From: a bacterium
GTDB taxonomy: Bacteria > SAR324 > JACQKK01
Assembly (NCBI GenBank): GCA_965240465.1
Contig: OZ251219.1
Span: forward strand, 96,001-160,000
Direction of reading: 5' to 3'
Length of the DNA: 64,000 nucleotides
Positions within the stretch are counted from its first letter, which is position 1. The number at the start of each line of letters is the position of its first letter. Both the position numbers and the translations under genes were made by a program. Shown here piece after piece: positions 62,963 through 64,000 of this stretch. The notes below the pieces were generated by a model. The model made no database searches. It saw nothing but the letters and a program-made list of their open reading frames with translations, and was not told the DNA's origin.

Positions 62963-63766
62963 ATGAATACTGCTTATAAAGATATTTACTACCAAGTCCA
63001 AGCAGGAGTATCTACAGTGACCATCAATCGCCCAGAAGTGCTCAATGCCTTCCGTCCTCAAACGGTGGATGAAATACTGGAAGCATTCCAACAAGCATGG
63101 GATGATGAATCAGTCGGAGTGGTAGTGCTGACAGGAGCTGGTGGTAATTTCTGCAGTGGTGGAGATCAAAAACTTCGCGGGGACAGCGGCTATTTAGATA
63201 AATCTCAGAACCGCAACCGACTCCAAGTTCGTCATCTTCATAGAATGATAAGAGATATTCCCAAGCCTGTAATTGCGATGGTTGATGGCTGGTGCGTCGG
63301 GGGTGGTCATGTGTTGCATATTCTATGCGACTTAACTATTGCTTCTGAGCGTGCGAAGTTTGGTCAAACTGGTCCCAAAGTAGGAAGCTTTGATGCTGGA
63401 TTTGGCACCATACAATTGGCACGCATTGTAGGAGAAAAAAAAGCCCGCGAAATATGGTTTCTCTGTGAATCCTACAACGCTGAAGAAGCACTCTTGATGG
63501 GGCTAGTCAATAAAGTTGTACCCCTTGAAGAATTGACTTCCACCACCAAGCAATGGTGCGAAAAAATATTGTCTCGCAGTCCAACCGCATTAAGGTTTTT
63601 GAAAGCATCCTTCAATGCCGATACCGATCATGTCTATGGTCTGCAAAACATAGCCCACGGAGCGGTGCACTTATTTTACGGTAGCGAAGAAAGTAAAGAA
63701 GGGCGCCAAGCTTGGAAAGAAAAACGAACTCCTGATTTTTCATCATTTAGAAGAATGCCTTGGTAA
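62963..63766 (+). CDS. menB: 1,4-dihydroxy-2-naphthoyl-CoA synthase
   Basis: [41 protein letters not shown]. Confidence 0.98.
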   Translation: MNTAYKDIYYQVQAGVSTVTINRPEVLNAFRPQTVDEILEAFQQAWDDESVGVVVLTGAGGNFCSGGDQKLRGDSGYLDKSQNRNRLQVRHLHRMIRDIPKPVIAMVDGWCVGGGHVLHILCDLTIASERAKFGQTGPKVGSFDAGFGTIQLARIVGEKKAREIWFLCESYNAEEALLMGLVNKVVPLEELTSTTKQWCEKILSRSPTALRFLKASFNADTDHVYGLQNIAHGAVHLFYGSEESKEGRQAWKEKRTPDFSSFRRMPW

Positions 63767-63783
63767 CCTCCAAGCCAAATATT

Positions 63784-64000
63784 TTAGAGAGCAAAAAATA
63801 CCTGCTTCCCTTGCACCCGAAATGAATTTATTCTTTTCTTGCCATTGGGAGAATAGAGCCAATCCAACCAACGCCCGGCTAATGATGTTTGCAAATGCCG
63901 ATGTTTGTTGGGGTTGACAATGATAGCACTATAAGTGTTTTTGGGTCCTGATTTTGGCGGGAAAAATTGGCGAAGCTGTTGCTTATTCTTAAAAGCATGC
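63784..64000 (-). CDS. 3' end of a tungstate ABC transporter substrate-binding protein (TupA-like), runs off window
   Basis: Hand translation ...KNTYSAIIVNPNKHRHLQTSLAGRWLDWLYSPNGKKRINSFRVQGKQVFFAL* resembles the TupA C-terminal pattern N.Y..I.VNP.KH......A..F.DWL.S..G...I..F...G.Q.FF. Confidence 0.65.
   Translation of the reverse strand, partial: HAFKNKQQLRQFFPPKSGPKNTYSAIIVNPNKHRHLQTSLAGRWLDWLYSPNGKKRINSFRVQGKQVFFAL

Noticed and set aside
1-64000. CRISPR arrays, IS elements, prophage, tRNA-anchored islands, rRNA
   Set aside because: No regularly spaced repeats, transposase or integrase motifs, duplicated tRNA 3' ends or rRNA-like sequence were seen

Overview
A 64 kb housekeeping-dense bacterial window with no transposase, integrase, prophage or CRISPR array. 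RpoA, ribosomal protein and SelB sequences look deltaproteobacterial in the broad sense (SAR324/Desulfobacterota/Myxococcota-like; inference only). It holds a truncated S10-spc ribosomal cluster starting at rpsS, a separate rpmJ-alpha operon, ftsA-ftsZ, dksA, a membrane pyrophosphatase, gnd, mnmA, guaB, mfd, metG, selB, parB, gyrA, a complete tsaC-E-B-D cluster, metK, menF/D/B and five tRNAs including tRNA-Sec. The most notable items are: (1) a near full-length homologue of the spirochete cytoplasmic filament protein CfpA in an apparently non-spirochete genome, alongside a parB-bactofilin pair and two degenerate-FHA membrane proteins behind ftsAZ, together suggesting an unusual cytoskeleton/division system; (2) a SelW-like CxxU selenoprotein with an in-frame TGA and a SECIS-like hairpin, absent from the ORF track; (3) a saw-tooth G/C strand skew that appears to reset at gene boundaries regardless of gene orientation; (4) extensive break-up of normally conserved operons. 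Family assignments come from motif recognition, not database searches.
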